Source: Vicugna vicugna (taxonomy: Eukaryota). Taken from it: a stretch of 64,000 nucleotides of DNA. The position numbers and the translations under genes are program-made. Below the pieces are notes generated by a model. It was not told where the DNA came from, ran no database searches, and saw nothing but the letters and a program-made list of their open reading frames with translations. Where the stretch lies: the NCBI GenBank assembly GCA_013265495.1, contig MU057880.1, positions 1,146,527 through 1,210,526 on the forward strand, given 5' to 3'. This document shows, one piece after another, positions 52,597-64,000 of this stretch (positions are counted from its first letter, which is position 1; each line of letters begins with the position of its first letter).

Positions 52597-53241
52597 TGTT
52601 GCCGGTAGATGTAGCCGGTGTCCAGGGTTTTGTCCTGTCTCAGAAAGAATTCAAAGACGAGACACAGAGGATAAGAAGGTAAATTGGGGAATTATTAAGG
52701 GATGGATAGGACCCTCTCAAGGGGAGAGACCTTAGGTGAGCAGCGGCCCTGAGTTTCTATACAAGTTGGTTACATAGGATATAAAATGAATGGTGGAATA
52801 GTCACTGGGGAGGAAAGGATCTGGGGTCATGTTCCCTGATGTCCATCCCAGCTCCACCTTCCCGAGGGGAGGAGGGACTTTGTCCTTATTTAGTCTGGAC
52901 TGGAAGTCTCATGGTATCAGTGCATGATGGGGACTTTTTATCTGCAAGGCTAATTTTATTGAACTGAGGGCATAATGAGATAAAGGTTACATTCAGACAC
53001 TGGAGATTCTTGCCTTTTCTCACCTTTCTTCATGCCTCCAAGGCCCTTGCCACCCCAAAATGTGTGATTTCTTATCAGCCCAGAGGTTCCTGCTTTTCTT
53101 TCTCTGTCCAGAGACCCCTGGTGCTTACATGATGTGTGGTTTCCTGCATTTGGCCTGTGCCCCTCCTTTCTGCCCAACTCCTGCCATTTGGGCTGCATTC
53201 CCTTTTCTCTGCTCACATCTAGCTGTCTGCCTGCTCTGACA
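52597..53241 (-). mobile_element. ERV1-type solo LTR, copy 2
   Basis: Reverse complement of the 46.7 kb LTR (tctgcaaggctaattttattgaactgagggcataatgag...gacactggagattc...ctagctgtctgcctgctct); flanks ctgt/ctat. Confidence 0.9.
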
Positions 53242-53269
53242 CTATGACCATAAGAGGAAGTGGGAACTG

Positions 53270-54100
53270 ATGTCACACATTCAGTCATTCATTCCACCAG
53301 CGCATGTGGAGTGAACACCAGTGATGTATGTGTAGGCTGTCCGTTAGCTTCTAGACATTCAATGGGAGACAAAATAGTCTATTTCCTAGCTTCTTGGGGC
53401 TTCCAGGGAGAAGGCAGATATTAAAAAAAAAAAACACCTCACCAACAGGTAAACAAACCTATGTTCTAATAAATGCTGTGAAGAAGCTACAAATGTAAAA
53501 ACTTCAGAAGTGATTCTTATTTATATCAGGATCACATAAATACAATCATGGAAATGTCCTCCTTAAACCCCCCAGGTGACTTGCTGCCACACTTAAAATC
53601 AAGTCCAAGGTGCTGATGGATGCACGCAAGGCCCCCTGGCTCTGCGGCAGCTCACCTGCCCAGCCTCCGCCCTTGCTCACGCTCTGAACACGGCTGGGTG
53701 CTCTGTCTGCCCTCACCTTTCCAGGCTGGTTCCTGCCCAGGGCCTCTGCTCCTGTGGTCCTGTCTGCCAGGATGCTCTTCCATGGGTTTTTCATGGCTGG
53801 CCTCTTCTTGACAAGCAGGTCTCAGCACAGTAGCTCCTCTGTGGAAAGTTCTTCCCTGATTACTTGGTTTGAATGGCCCCTTATCCATCTATCTTTTCAC
53901 CATCACATTTCCTGTTTGATTTTCAGACTATTGGACATTCTTGTTTGTGTGTGTGTGTGTGTGTGCGTGCGGGTGCGCGTGCGCATGCACGCTCCTTTGT
54001 TGTTTATTTTCTGTCCCTTCTGCTGGAAGGTATCCTCCACAAGACTAAGTATGAGACCACAACACTGACCCCAGAACCTGGAATCGTGTTTGGTATGTGA
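53270..54100. mobile_element. L2 fragments in both orientations with a (TG)n insert
   Basis: cattcagtcattcattc... (minus 3' end) and cagggcctctgctcctgtggtcctgtctgccaggatgctcttcc... (plus); (TG)n at about 53946-53965. Confidence 0.7.
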
Positions 54101-55049
54101 AAACTTTTATTACTCTGTCTAGAACCATCTTTGAGTCACATATGCTAAGTGTAACCAAACCCAGGCCAGTGCTTCCCTAAGGTTTGCCATCCAGCTTGAA
54201 TCAATAACTAAGTGGGAAGTTCAGCTACTGATTGATAACCGTTGAGAACTTCTTGGCCAATCTCATGCCTACATTTCAAAAAGATGAAATTCAGGACAGA
54301 GCCACTGTAGAGTTAAATCACTTAAGGAAAACAGTCTCCAAAGCAAGCGACAAAATTATAGCCTGGTTAGAGCATCTATTCAAACTGCATTTTCCAAGCG
54401 AACACACGCTCCCCCTCTACAGCAGACGCAAGTGACCCGTGTCGAGTCCTAGTGTGTTTTCCCAGAACTGAGCAAGACATTGCTTCAGAGCTTTATCTTA
54501 AGATACAGAAAAATATTTCATGAGAAAATTCCTGGAGTTCGCTCTCAATCAGGGCATGCTATTTGCTCTAAAAAATGACCCAGTTCTCTATCAATGATTG
54601 ATATTAAGCACAACGACGATGTTTGTTTCCTTTTAATTTCAAAGGCATTTGTGTTAGTGGTCGTTCCCCTAATTTAGTATTATATAAAAAAGACTAAACC
54701 ACACCTGCTAACATTGTTTTAGGCTATCAGCACACCTGCTGTGAACTTGTAACTGGTTGACGTCAAAGCAGAGAAACTAACTTTGGGAAAAAAAAAAAAA
54801 ACAATCTCCAGTTTCCCTTGGACATCGTGACTGTTTTACTTGATCCGAGTATTTTTAGAAGACTGAAGAAGAAACAGTGAGTTAATGTCTTACAAAGAAT
54901 TGAAAAAAATCTTCAAAGCCAAATCAGAATAGAAAACGAAGGAGAAAATAAATCCCTCTATAGTTTAAAACCTTCATACGTAACTTGCTGTACACACATG
55001 AATAACCGGTAGAAAAGACTCTTGGGTTCACGAGGGTCCGCACTGACTG

Positions 55050-55470
55050 TTTCTCTCTTCCTCTTAAAGTGGAAGGAGTAACGCCCGCTTCCTGTCGCGG
55101 TGGAGGGAGGCTCACCCAGGCCCCCTCCCCAGGGTCTCTATACCCCAGAAAAGCGCATGCCCAGCGGGGACGGCTCCCCTTGTCGGCTTCAGACACCCCA
55201 GCAGCCACGCCGGGGCGGGGCCTCGGGCAGTCGCCACGCCCTTCCGGGGGGCAGGCCGGGGCCCTGGGGTCGGCGTCCTTCGGCCCGAGGGGGCGCCGGC
55301 TTGGTCTTGATCGGCTGCCGCTGGGGCGCTGGGCAGACAGGGCTCTGGGAGGAGGAAGCAGCTTTGCCCGAGGACCCTTCCGCGTGGATTCAGGAGGGTG
55401 GGGAGGAGGCGGAGGGGCACAGCATGACAAGAAGCTGGCAGGGTTCTCCACGTGAGAAGTACGTGCCCCA
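55050..55470. promoter_or_regulatory. Small CpG island / candidate promoter
   Basis: GC- and CpG-dense; GC box ggggcggggc 55212-55221, KLF/SP ccacgccc 55234-55241, NRF1-like gcgcatgcc 55153-55161, E-box cacgtg 55449-55454; minus-strand donor TGG|GTGAG at 55116/55115. Confidence 0.7.
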
Positions 55471-56229
55471 ATTATGAGGAATTCCAGCAACTGGGGCGGT
55501 TCTCAGTAACTTCTGCTTAGGGAAGATCTTGGTTATAGGATCGAAAGAAGTTACTTTGTCTACCACGAGAGTATCACATCTATATTCTAACTAAGCGCGT
55601 ATCTGGCGTAAGGATAGACAGTTTACTCTTCCCCCCAAAGAAGATTTTACCAGGAACAACGAAGAGGGTGCTAAAGGGAAACAAAGCATCATGGGGTCCC
55701 TTCTCCGGCACCTCCTACCTGGGAACTGACAAGGTAAGGCCCGCTCGAGAAGCGGCCTTATTGCTAACAATGCTGCTTCACCACCGCCTCTTTCTCTTCT
55801 CTCCGTGTACGGAAGCCAGCAGGTCGTGGACAACATTTTGATTGCTGTGACCGACGGAGCAGATGCGAGAAATCGTTTTCAAGTGTCCATATATAAAAAT
55901 TACAGAAACAAACAGAACCACAGCAAAACCCCCAAACCTTTAAATGGATACTTGAGCTTCAAAGGAAAGGGAATCACCGGGTAAATTAAGGAAGATGGAA
56001 TTCAAAGCCAGGTCAGTGATCAAGATGAGACCCAAGGGTCTGCTCAGGAAGTCATGGCTAGAAGTGGGCGAGGGCTGGAGCCCCACACAACTCAGGGCAC
56101 CAAGATGAAAAATTAGCACGAAGTTGGTCCTAGACTTGTGAAACCCACCCGGCCCTCGGAAGGAGAAAGCTCAAAAATTACTCTTGAAATTCTCCCACAG
56201 CGCAGGGGACCGGGACTGCTTTGGAAAGT

Positions 56230-57000
56230 GAACTCCTCCCTAATATACAGTAAAAATGACAAACAACAAGCAGAAACCAGTGACATGAACAAGAGCCAGA
56301 AAATACAATAAATGGGAGTGTTCGCATGCATAAATATTGTAGACGTAAAAGCATCTGAGGGACCGTGGGGCAACAACCAGGCATCTAGAAGACAGCAGGT
56401 AACTTTGGAAACAAACCAAAAAAAAAAAAATTACTAAAAATAGTAACATTTACAGAGACTGAGTTTTAAACACACAACTTAAAGTGTGAACAGCGGAATC
56501 ATTGAATTGAAAAAGTTAATTGAAAGGTTAATTTAAAAAAAAGCACAGAGAAAAATTAAGCCTAGAGGTAAAGAGATAAAAAAAATATGGAAGGGGCACT
56601 AAGATTTACAGAGGAGAAAACAAAACAGTCCGATGACATATGCATAAAATTCCAGGAAAAAAGGAACAAGAGAAAAGGACAAGGGGTGGTATTAGAAGAC
56701 AGGGTGGCTGAGAACTTCCTAGAATCGAAGACAGTTCTTGGGTTGAAGGAGTACGCCCAGATCTAACAGGAAAGAGAAAAATAAATTATATCTAGCAAAA
56801 CCACAGGGAAATTGCAGAGTCAAATAAGAGGAGGAAAAACTTTGTCTGCCAGAGAGAAAAGCCAGCTAACTCATAAAAGAAGGATGATTAAGCTGGCAAC
56901 GGATTTCTCAGCAGCTGCAGGCAAGGCGACAAATGAAGGAAATGCGTTCAGATGTCAGAACTGTTGTTCACCTAGAATTCTATACGGCTACACTCTAACC
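56230..57000 (+). mobile_element. Old L1/HAL1 ORF1 fragment
   Basis: A-rich; gctgagaacttcctagaatcgaagaca...ccagctaactcataaaagaaggatgattaagctggcaacggatttctcagcag...acctagaattctata. Confidence 0.7.
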
Positions 57001-57603
57001 ATAAGGCATGTTCATCTACCCACACGCGCAATTAGCAAAGGTGACCGCTGTGTAAAGCATCAGCTTATGCAACCTTAAACAAGCAGACAAGAAAAGTTGT
57101 ACCTCCAGGGGAGTTTCGAATTTTAAACAGCACAATGTAGATCCCCAGCTAGGAAATCTAATCCCACCTGGGCTGGGGATGGTCACAGACTCCCCCGCAT
57201 CCCTGGTGATGAAGCAAAGCGTTGCCCCAGTCCAGCTGCAGAGTTGACCTCTTCTTACACAGGTGGAGGAAAAAGATCTGAAGCAAATGCTTTATACAGA
57301 TATCTATAACAATTAATAATTATTTTATACATAATAAAATATATGATGTATTATGATATAAGATACATCATTTATAAAATATGACAACCATAAATAAATA
57401 ATAAACTTGGTTCATTTTAGACCTTTTATTTATAGGTCAAGTGCTATTAAATTGACAGGGTCTCAGATTTGCTAGTGTGCACTTATTTCTCCTCATACTT
57501 AACTATATTTTTCAGCAGGTGATATCTTAACAGGGTCCATAGTTACTACCACATTTTTGTTATTGTTTAGACTGGTCAATGGATGGAAAGATAAAAATTT
57601 CTT

Positions 57604-58038
57604 TTTTTTAATTGAATTATAGTTGATTTACAATTTTGTGTTAGTTTCTGATGTACAGCATAGTGGCTTAGTTATACACATATATTCTTTTTATTATAGG
57701 TTATTATATGATATTTAATATAGTTCCTTGTGCTATATAATAGGTCCTAATTGTTTATCTGTTCTTTTTATAGTAGTGTGTATCTGTTAATCCCAAACTC
57801 CCAATTTAATCCCCCTTTTCCCCTTTGGTAGCTGTAAGTTTGTTTTCTATGTCTATGAGTCTGTTTCTATTTCATAAATAAGTTCATTTGTGTCATATTT
57901 TAGATTCCACATGTAAGTGTTATCATCTGACATTTGTCTCTGTCTGACTGACTTCACTTAGTATGATAATCTCTAGGTTCATCCATGTTGCTGCAAATGG
58001 CACTATTTCATTCCTTTTTAATGGCTGAATAGTATTCC

Positions 58039-58077
<39 letters not shown>

Positions 58078-58093
58078 CACATCTTTATCCAAC
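57604..58093 (-). mobile_element. L1 3' end insertion with TSD
   Basis: Antisense L1 3' UTR with (TG)n at 58041-58075; perfect 11-bp TSD aaaaatttctt at 57593-57603 and 58094-58104. Confidence 0.9.
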
Positions 58094-59659
58094 AAAAATT
58101 TCTTGATAAGAATGTTGAGATTGGCAAAGCTTCTACTTTCCAGGCATATTTAAACTTCTTTCAAAGAAATTAAATTTTTCCTTAAAAATGGTTACATTTT
58201 TATCCTCTTAGGAAATCACAATGGTGATTAATTGCTATTGTTTTTTAATTCATTATGTTATAAAAATGTCACTGAATAGTCTTTAGCTGAGATATTTGAC
58301 TTTATTTATATCTCAAAAGAAGTAAGTTGCTTAATTCTTAACAAAACTTTACAGATGGGCTCAAACTTCAGATACCCTCTCATTTGGCCTAATCTCTTTT
58401 TTCAAACAAAAGGAATATCCTGTTTTTTTAAGTATCAAAGAAGTGTCTTTGGAAAGAAAATTTTCTGTAAAGTTTCAAATAAATCCCCAGTCCTTCTAAG
58501 GCCTCTTCCTGGCATTCATAAGGAAATTACCTTTCACGATACTAGACTAGGAGAATTCTGCTTGTGGACTAATTTTAGAAGATCTTGTACCTTTCTCAGG
58601 AAATTAGAGTTGTATTTGGAGTACTTGCTGCAGTAATGCGCTAGTGTAATTTTTTTGAGGATAATGAGAGAAGGCAGTGGAGTGATTTGACCTGGTACAT
58701 CTGTACATCAGTATCAGAGCAGCCTCCAGACTCTTCCTGGGCTCAGATCTCCACTGAGTTCCTGAGACAAACTGTTACTTCTCTTGTGAGTACAGCTGGG
58801 GGTTTCAGGATTCCACAGCAACAGATTCAGTGCCATTTACAGAGTGAATTTTTCCATCTTGTGCTCTCTGTCTCACACAGAGAAAGATGTGGGCACCTCG
58901 TCTCTAGGTGGTTTGACCATTTGTGTTTGGAAATGCATTTCATTTTAGGCCAAGGATGCAGTAATATTGTGAAAATAAAACAGCATTATTTCTCACATCT
59001 GGTTTGATGTGTGTATTTTAATCAGTTTTTAAAGCCATTGCCTTTTCTCTGTGTGGAAGAGGTTTCAGAGTTTGTTAAGCACGCATTCCTCTAAAAACTG
59101 AAACTAATTTTAGCCCTGAAGAATTTCATGGAAGTAAATTTGGTATCTTCAATACATTTGTGAAACCTAATAAAATTCACATTTAAATTGGTACGGTGTT
59201 TTGAAATCTTTCTCCTCCTTGATTGAATTGAAACTATTTTCTACTAAGCCTCAAAAACAAACTAACAAACAAAGAAACAAACAAATTAAGCAAACCCTGG
59301 GAGAATGGAAGTAGCAAGTTCGTACAATGGCTTCCCAGGTCTTGATTATAATGCACTTTGTCATTTAATAGTTCTCTTAAAATAGAATAATTAAGAAGTC
59401 TGGGTTATGTGATAGAATATGAGAAACTTTAGCAAAACCTTGACTATCATGTCGCAGGAAATGTTGCATTGCGAATCAGCACAAGGATTTGACAAGAGCC
59501 CTCCTACCCCTGAACCCCACCACCACCACCGTGGCCCCACTGCCAGGGTGATGGAACATGACCCTTTACCCTCACCACTTCTGCTGCACCACTGGAGACT
59601 AGAAGCAAGATACCCTTTATACGCCTTTTCTCATGTTTCTCTTCCCTGCAGATTACCAG

Positions 59660-59785
59660 GTTGCTTGTTTGTTTGTTTGACTTTTTTTTCCCTCTAATTG
59701 AAGTGTAGTTGATTTCCAATGTTGTGTTAGTGTCATGCATACAGCAAAGTGACTCAGTGATGCATATACGTATATTGTTTTTATG
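59660..59785 (-). mobile_element. L1 3' end fragment
   Basis: aattgaagtgtagttgatttccaatgttgtgttagt...tacagcaaagtgactcagt. Confidence 0.75.
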
Positions 59786-60174
59786 ACCTGTGTTCCGTAA
59801 ATGTTCAGGATCTGTGGGTCAAGAGCTGACTTCTTTTTCTGGAAGGATTATTTCACATGGAATCCTCAGGATATGGTCTGTTTCTCTAAATTCTACTCTA
59901 GATTAAAAACAAAACTCATGTACTTACCTTTAAAAAAAGATCCACAAACGTCCAAAAAGAAGACCTTAAAAATGTTTCAACTTTATGAAACTTATGATAC
60001 TCAAACTTTCTTATTTAAAATGTTTAACTCCCCAGATACCTGTCAAAACTACAACAGGTATACATTTACAGTGACTTCGATCCATTCATTCCACCGGTTT
60101 TGCCAAAAAAGGTGGAAAACAACTTGGCATTCCCTTTCTGAGTGGTTTATACTTACTACAGGATTATTCAACAT

Positions 60175-60662
60175 AAGAACTTACAAATCAGAAATAGACT
60201 CACGGACGTAGAAAACAAACTTATGGTTACCAAAGGGGAAAGGGTGGGGAATTAATTAGGAGTTTGGGATTAACAGATACACACTACTGTATACAAAATA
60301 GATAAACAACAAAGATCTACGTACAGCACAGGGAACTATATTCAATTTCTTGTAATAATGTATAATGGAAAAGAATATGAAAAATAATATATATATTCTG
60401 AAAATATATGTGTATCTGAATCATTCTGCTGTATACCTAAAACTAATACAATCTTGTAAATCAACTGTAATTCAGTAAAAAAGAAATAGAAAATCCAGAA
60501 ATAAACCCATGCATTTACGACCAATTAATCTATGACAAAGGAGGCAAGAATATACAATGGAGAAAAGATGGTTTCTTTGACAAGTGGTGCTGGGAAAACT
60601 GGACCGCTACATGTAAATCAATGAAATTAAAACTTTCTGCAATACTATATACAAAATAAACT
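60175..60662 (+). mobile_element. L1 3' UTR followed by an L1 ORF2 fragment
   Basis: 60175-60485 is a 3' UTR with A tail; 60485-60662 is ORF2 (ccagaaataaacccatgc...tatgacaaaggaggcaagaatatacaatgg...tggtgctgggaaaactgg). Confidence 0.85.
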
Positions 60663-61157
60663 ATTGCTTTGCAACAAACCCAAACTAAGTAACTTCTAGA
60701 GTAATGTGTTATTTCCAGATTTCCTGTGGATGGGCTGGGAGATTCTTCTGTTGGCATCATCTGCAGTCATGCAGGCACTGGAGGGGAGGACCACTGGGGT
60801 GGCTGCACTGCTCTGTTTACTTGCCTTAATCCTCAAGGAGGCTGGACCAGACTTTCGCTGTGGGGCAGGTGCCACTGCACACACGCTTACCTGCCCTCTG
60901 ACTGTAGCCGTTCCTTTGTCGAGGTCTCATGGCTTTGGGTAGTGCGAGGAGAGGTCTGGTGGGGCCACTAATGTAACAGTCAGCCACAGGCAGTACAGTA
61001 GGTGACGGTTTTGGATCAAGGTTAAATTTTACTGATACGTTAACCATATTGTTGTGAAGCACAACATTCTAGCCTTAAGCAAAAAAGGCTGAAGTAGTTA
61101 AAGATAGTGTGACACGATTTGTGTCATGATGAGTGGAATGTACTTTCGGATACTCTG

Positions 61158-61230
61158 GGGAGAGAGGGAAGGAGGGAAGGAGGGAAGTGGGAGGGAGGAG
61201 GGGGAGGAGGAAGGAGGGAGGGAGAGGAAG
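61158..61230. repeat. Purine-rich (GGA/GGGA) low-complexity tract
   Basis: Direct observation. Confidence 0.85.
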
Positions 61231-61519
61231 CCAAGGGACCAAAATGGCAGCAAGTGTTGGATGAGGGGGACGTAAGCGTCTATGTTACTATTTGTTCAAA
61301 TTTTCAAACCTGGGTTTGTTGTCCAGATGCTCAGCAGGTTTGAAATTTTGCAAAACAAAACTTGGTAGAGTCCGTGAGCACCCCTGGTAAGCTTGTGAAG
61401 AGCCAATCTGCCCCTCCTCCGCCTTTGAGATCCTGGATCATGTAGGTCTGGGATCAGCCTGTGTAACAAGGACTGAACTGACTCTACTAGTCCATGGTCC
61501 ACATTTTTTGAAACATTAA

Positions 61520-62113
61520 GTTGCTGGAGAGTAGTTCTTGTTGCAGAGAGAATTCAGAGACAAGACATGGAGGTAAGAAAGTAAAGTGAAGGTTTATTAA
61601 GAGATAGGATGCTCTCAAGGGGAACGCAGGTGGACTGAGGTGTGTAGCTGCCCTGAGTTTCTTTAACAAGCTGGTTACATAGAGTGTAAAAATGAATGGG
61701 CAGAATACTCATTAGGGAGGGAGGGGTTTGGGCTCACATTCCCTGATGTTCAACCCAACTCCACCTTCCCAAGGGGACGAGGGATTTTTGTCCTTATTTA
61801 GTCTGGATCAGATGTGTCATGGCCTCAGTGCATGATGGGCACTTCTAATCTGCAAGGCTAATTTTACAGTAATGAGGGCATAATAAGCAAAAGGCTACAT
61901 TCGGACACTGGAGATTCCTGCCTTTTCCCACCTTTCTTTGTCAGCCTCCAGGACACTTGTCACCCCAAAGTAATTGGTATCTTATCAGCCCAGAGGTTCC
62001 TGCTTTCCCCTGTCTACCCAGGGACCCCCATTATTTACAAGATTGCAGTTTCCTGCCGTTTGGCCCATGCCCCTCTTTTTCTGTTCACATCTAGCTAGCT
62101 GCCTTTTCAAACA
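61520..62113 (-). mobile_element. ERV1-type solo LTR, copy 3
   Basis: Same family as the 46.7 and 52.6 kb LTRs (gtccttatttagtctggatcaga...tctaatctgcaaggctaatttt...gacactggagattcctgccttttccca). Confidence 0.9.
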
Positions 62114-64000
62114 GTAACCATCACCAAAACAACATAAAAAATAAACTGGGAAAAATGTTCATCAAAAATTATACCACAGACAAAGGAACTAATTCCTTTG
62201 CTACACAAAGAATCCTCCAAATTACAATTTTAAGTCTTGAACCATCCTAGAAAACATTGTCAGCAGGAGCAAGAAGAAAGGTCACAGGGAAGGAATACCA
62301 ATTGCTGGCACACAGGGAGACAACTGATCAGCTCTGCCCACGTGTTAATGAGCACTCAGACACGCTTAGACACTAGTGCCATTTTAACCACATTGCATCT
62401 GGAAAGGATTAAGAATCAGATAAAAATCATTTTGGCAAGTATGTGGAGAACCTCAGCAGGGTTAAAATTCAGTTATAACTTTTTGCAGAGCGTTATGGAA
62501 ATACTTATCAAACTTGTAAGTGTGTATCTGTCTCATGATTCAATTATTCTACTGGGACTATGCCTTGTACACACACATACACACATAAGCGCCTAAAACA
62601 TATATGCAAAGGTACTAATGTTGGCATTGTATTTATCTTTTTGTAACAAACACAGGAAATACTCTCTAAGACCCTGCGTTCGTGTGTGTGAGAAGGCTAG
62701 AAATTGAGAAACTGGGCGAGAGAATGAAAGAATGAATTAAGGTGCTATTTAGTTTTTAGTTTCATATTTTTGTTTTTTAATTGGTTTCCAAGAAACTTGT
62801 TTTTTTGATAAGTAAGCAAACCCACTTAAACAGAATCTGCATTCATTCTGGAGAGAATTTAGATGGACCGTAGGTTACCTTAAAGGAAGAACCAGAATCT
62901 TGTTGTAGAAATGACTTTCTCTTATTGTAGTTTTAAACTCCAGCCAATATGAATAGCAATTTATGTTGATGTGTTTCTTTTTCTTGGACAAGTAAACTGC
63001 ATCAGAACGGACCATGTTGGTCCTGCTGGATTTTCTCAAAAGTTGGCTTGAGTGAACAGTAAGTCAAAGAGCTGGGACTCAAGAACCCAGAATATCACAC
63101 CGCACCTGAGGATAATCCCACTTTATCCCTTTGATTCTTGACCTTGAAACCTCTTTTCAGGAGGAGAAATCAGTCCCACAAAGCCTCGAAGTTAAGCCGC
63201 GATCATGCATTTAGAATTTTTGCAACAGTCATGCAAGAGAAACTCACATCTGCCTAACATGGTGCAGCAACTAGGGACAGCCTGGTTTCTGCGCAAACTC
63301 TCTCCTTTATAAAAGTCCAATACCAAGTCACCTTCCGACCCCCGTGCCCCTAAGAAAATGCACAAAAATCTACTGGAATACACTGGATATATATATATAT
63401 CTCCTTGCCACATATTTAAGAGCTTTGCCATATTTCCATGTTAAAGTTGCTGGTTCTATTACTAAGACCACCCCTATTGGTGATTTTGAACTTCAGACCT
63501 GAGGTCCTCAGTAGGGAGCACCCCAAGATGACGTAGGTGAAGAGACAGGATTCTCCAGAACTTTGGTCATTCATTTACAAATGAAGGGAAATTAAGAAGA
63601 TTCTAGAGAGCATCTCAGTTTACGATTTGTGCATATCAGAAACGTCCAACTTTCCCCTCTCCATGGAATGTGTTTCTCGGTAATTTTCCACAAGGCATCT
63701 CAGAGCTGAAGCAGACAGCAGGCTCATTTGCTAACCCCCTTTACGTCAGATGTTCACCTTAGTCAAACATCGTTTCATACCCAGGAAATGGGAACTGAGG
63801 ACACACCTTCCCAAGCTAGTCTACCCGTGATGGAAAAACCCTTAAGAATCCATATTTAGCATCCACCCAAATGCAGCAGATGATTACTTAATAGCCTATT
63901 GGGAAAACATTTCTGCCTCTTGGTTGCAAAAAGTTCTTCAAAAATAGCAGGGCAAGTAGTCCCAGGTCTCTGTGACCTAAAATGTCTAACAAAGCTGAAG

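Larger units (their letters stand above)
7704..55116 (-). pseudogene. Putative degraded multi-exon gene or spliced lncRNA of unknown identity
   Basis: Chain of segments with polypyrimidine-AG acceptors and GT donors (e.g. 48652-48939, 45943-46057, 45474-45626, 36512-36690, 35095-35306, 31227-31471, 25392-25480, 23584-23709, 22023-22271, 8822-9036), mostly phase-compatible, with scattered stops. It starts at a CpG-island donor. No homolog recognised. Confidence 0.2.

Noticed and set aside
7704..54360. By-eye resemblance of exon-like translations to DNAAF9/C20orf194 (e.g. GIGKDG, HLP, HF.LSS, LVV..GY, VCY, G.SLK)
   Set aside because: Only sparse identities, often needing stop-rich frames or frameshifts. 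It implied two tandem copies, and part of the best match overlaps a MER112-like MITE. Equally good matches to unrelated proteins were found, so chance is likely.
15116..54360. CATSPERB-like and NACHT Walker-A-like (PLILLG*AGVRETAL, about 31.45 kb) motifs
   Set aside because: Short matches in stop-rich frames, not supported by neighbouring segments.
54924..55490. Overlapping 119-188 aa ORFs
   Set aside because: Stop depletion from high GC content; Pro/Arg/Gly-rich translations on both strands.
59801..60211. 136-aa plus-strand ORF
   Set aside because: No recognisable domain or splice context; it ends inside an L1 3' UTR.
52597..62113. Two same-orientation LTRs about 8.3 kb apart as a possible provirus
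   Set aside because: The interval holds L2, a CpG island and L1 pieces with no gag/pol/env or PBS; the LTRs are clearly diverged and have different flanks.
1..64000. Prokaryote-type systems (CRISPR arrays, operons, rRNA)
   Set aside because: The sequence is mammalian and no repeat-spacer array or rRNA-like segment is seen.

Overview
This is mammalian genomic DNA, very probably camelid (Camelus/Vicugna). That call rests on three copies of a tRNA-Ala(AGC)-headed SINE with an AT-rich tail and many short young L1 3'-end insertions. The window is repeat-rich: L1 of several ages, L2, MIR, MaLR and ERV1 solo LTRs, and hAT and Tigger MITEs. It holds one small CpG island (about 55.05-55.47 kb) with promoter motifs and a CTCF-like site at 32.35 kb. 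I could not recognise any intact protein-coding gene; most ORF-track entries lie in repeats or look like chance ORFs. The main unexplained signal is a chain of minus-strand exon-like segments running from the CpG island to about 7.7 kb. They have good splice sites and mostly compatible phases but scattered stops, so they may be a unitary pseudogene or spliced lncRNA (low confidence). Better supported are several unusual retrotransposition structures defined by target-site duplications (TSDs): an outward-facing SINE+L1 composite sharing one TSD, a 5'UTR-3'UTR fused L1, and a twin-primed inverted L1. All family names come from recalled consensus sequences compared by eye, not from a database search.
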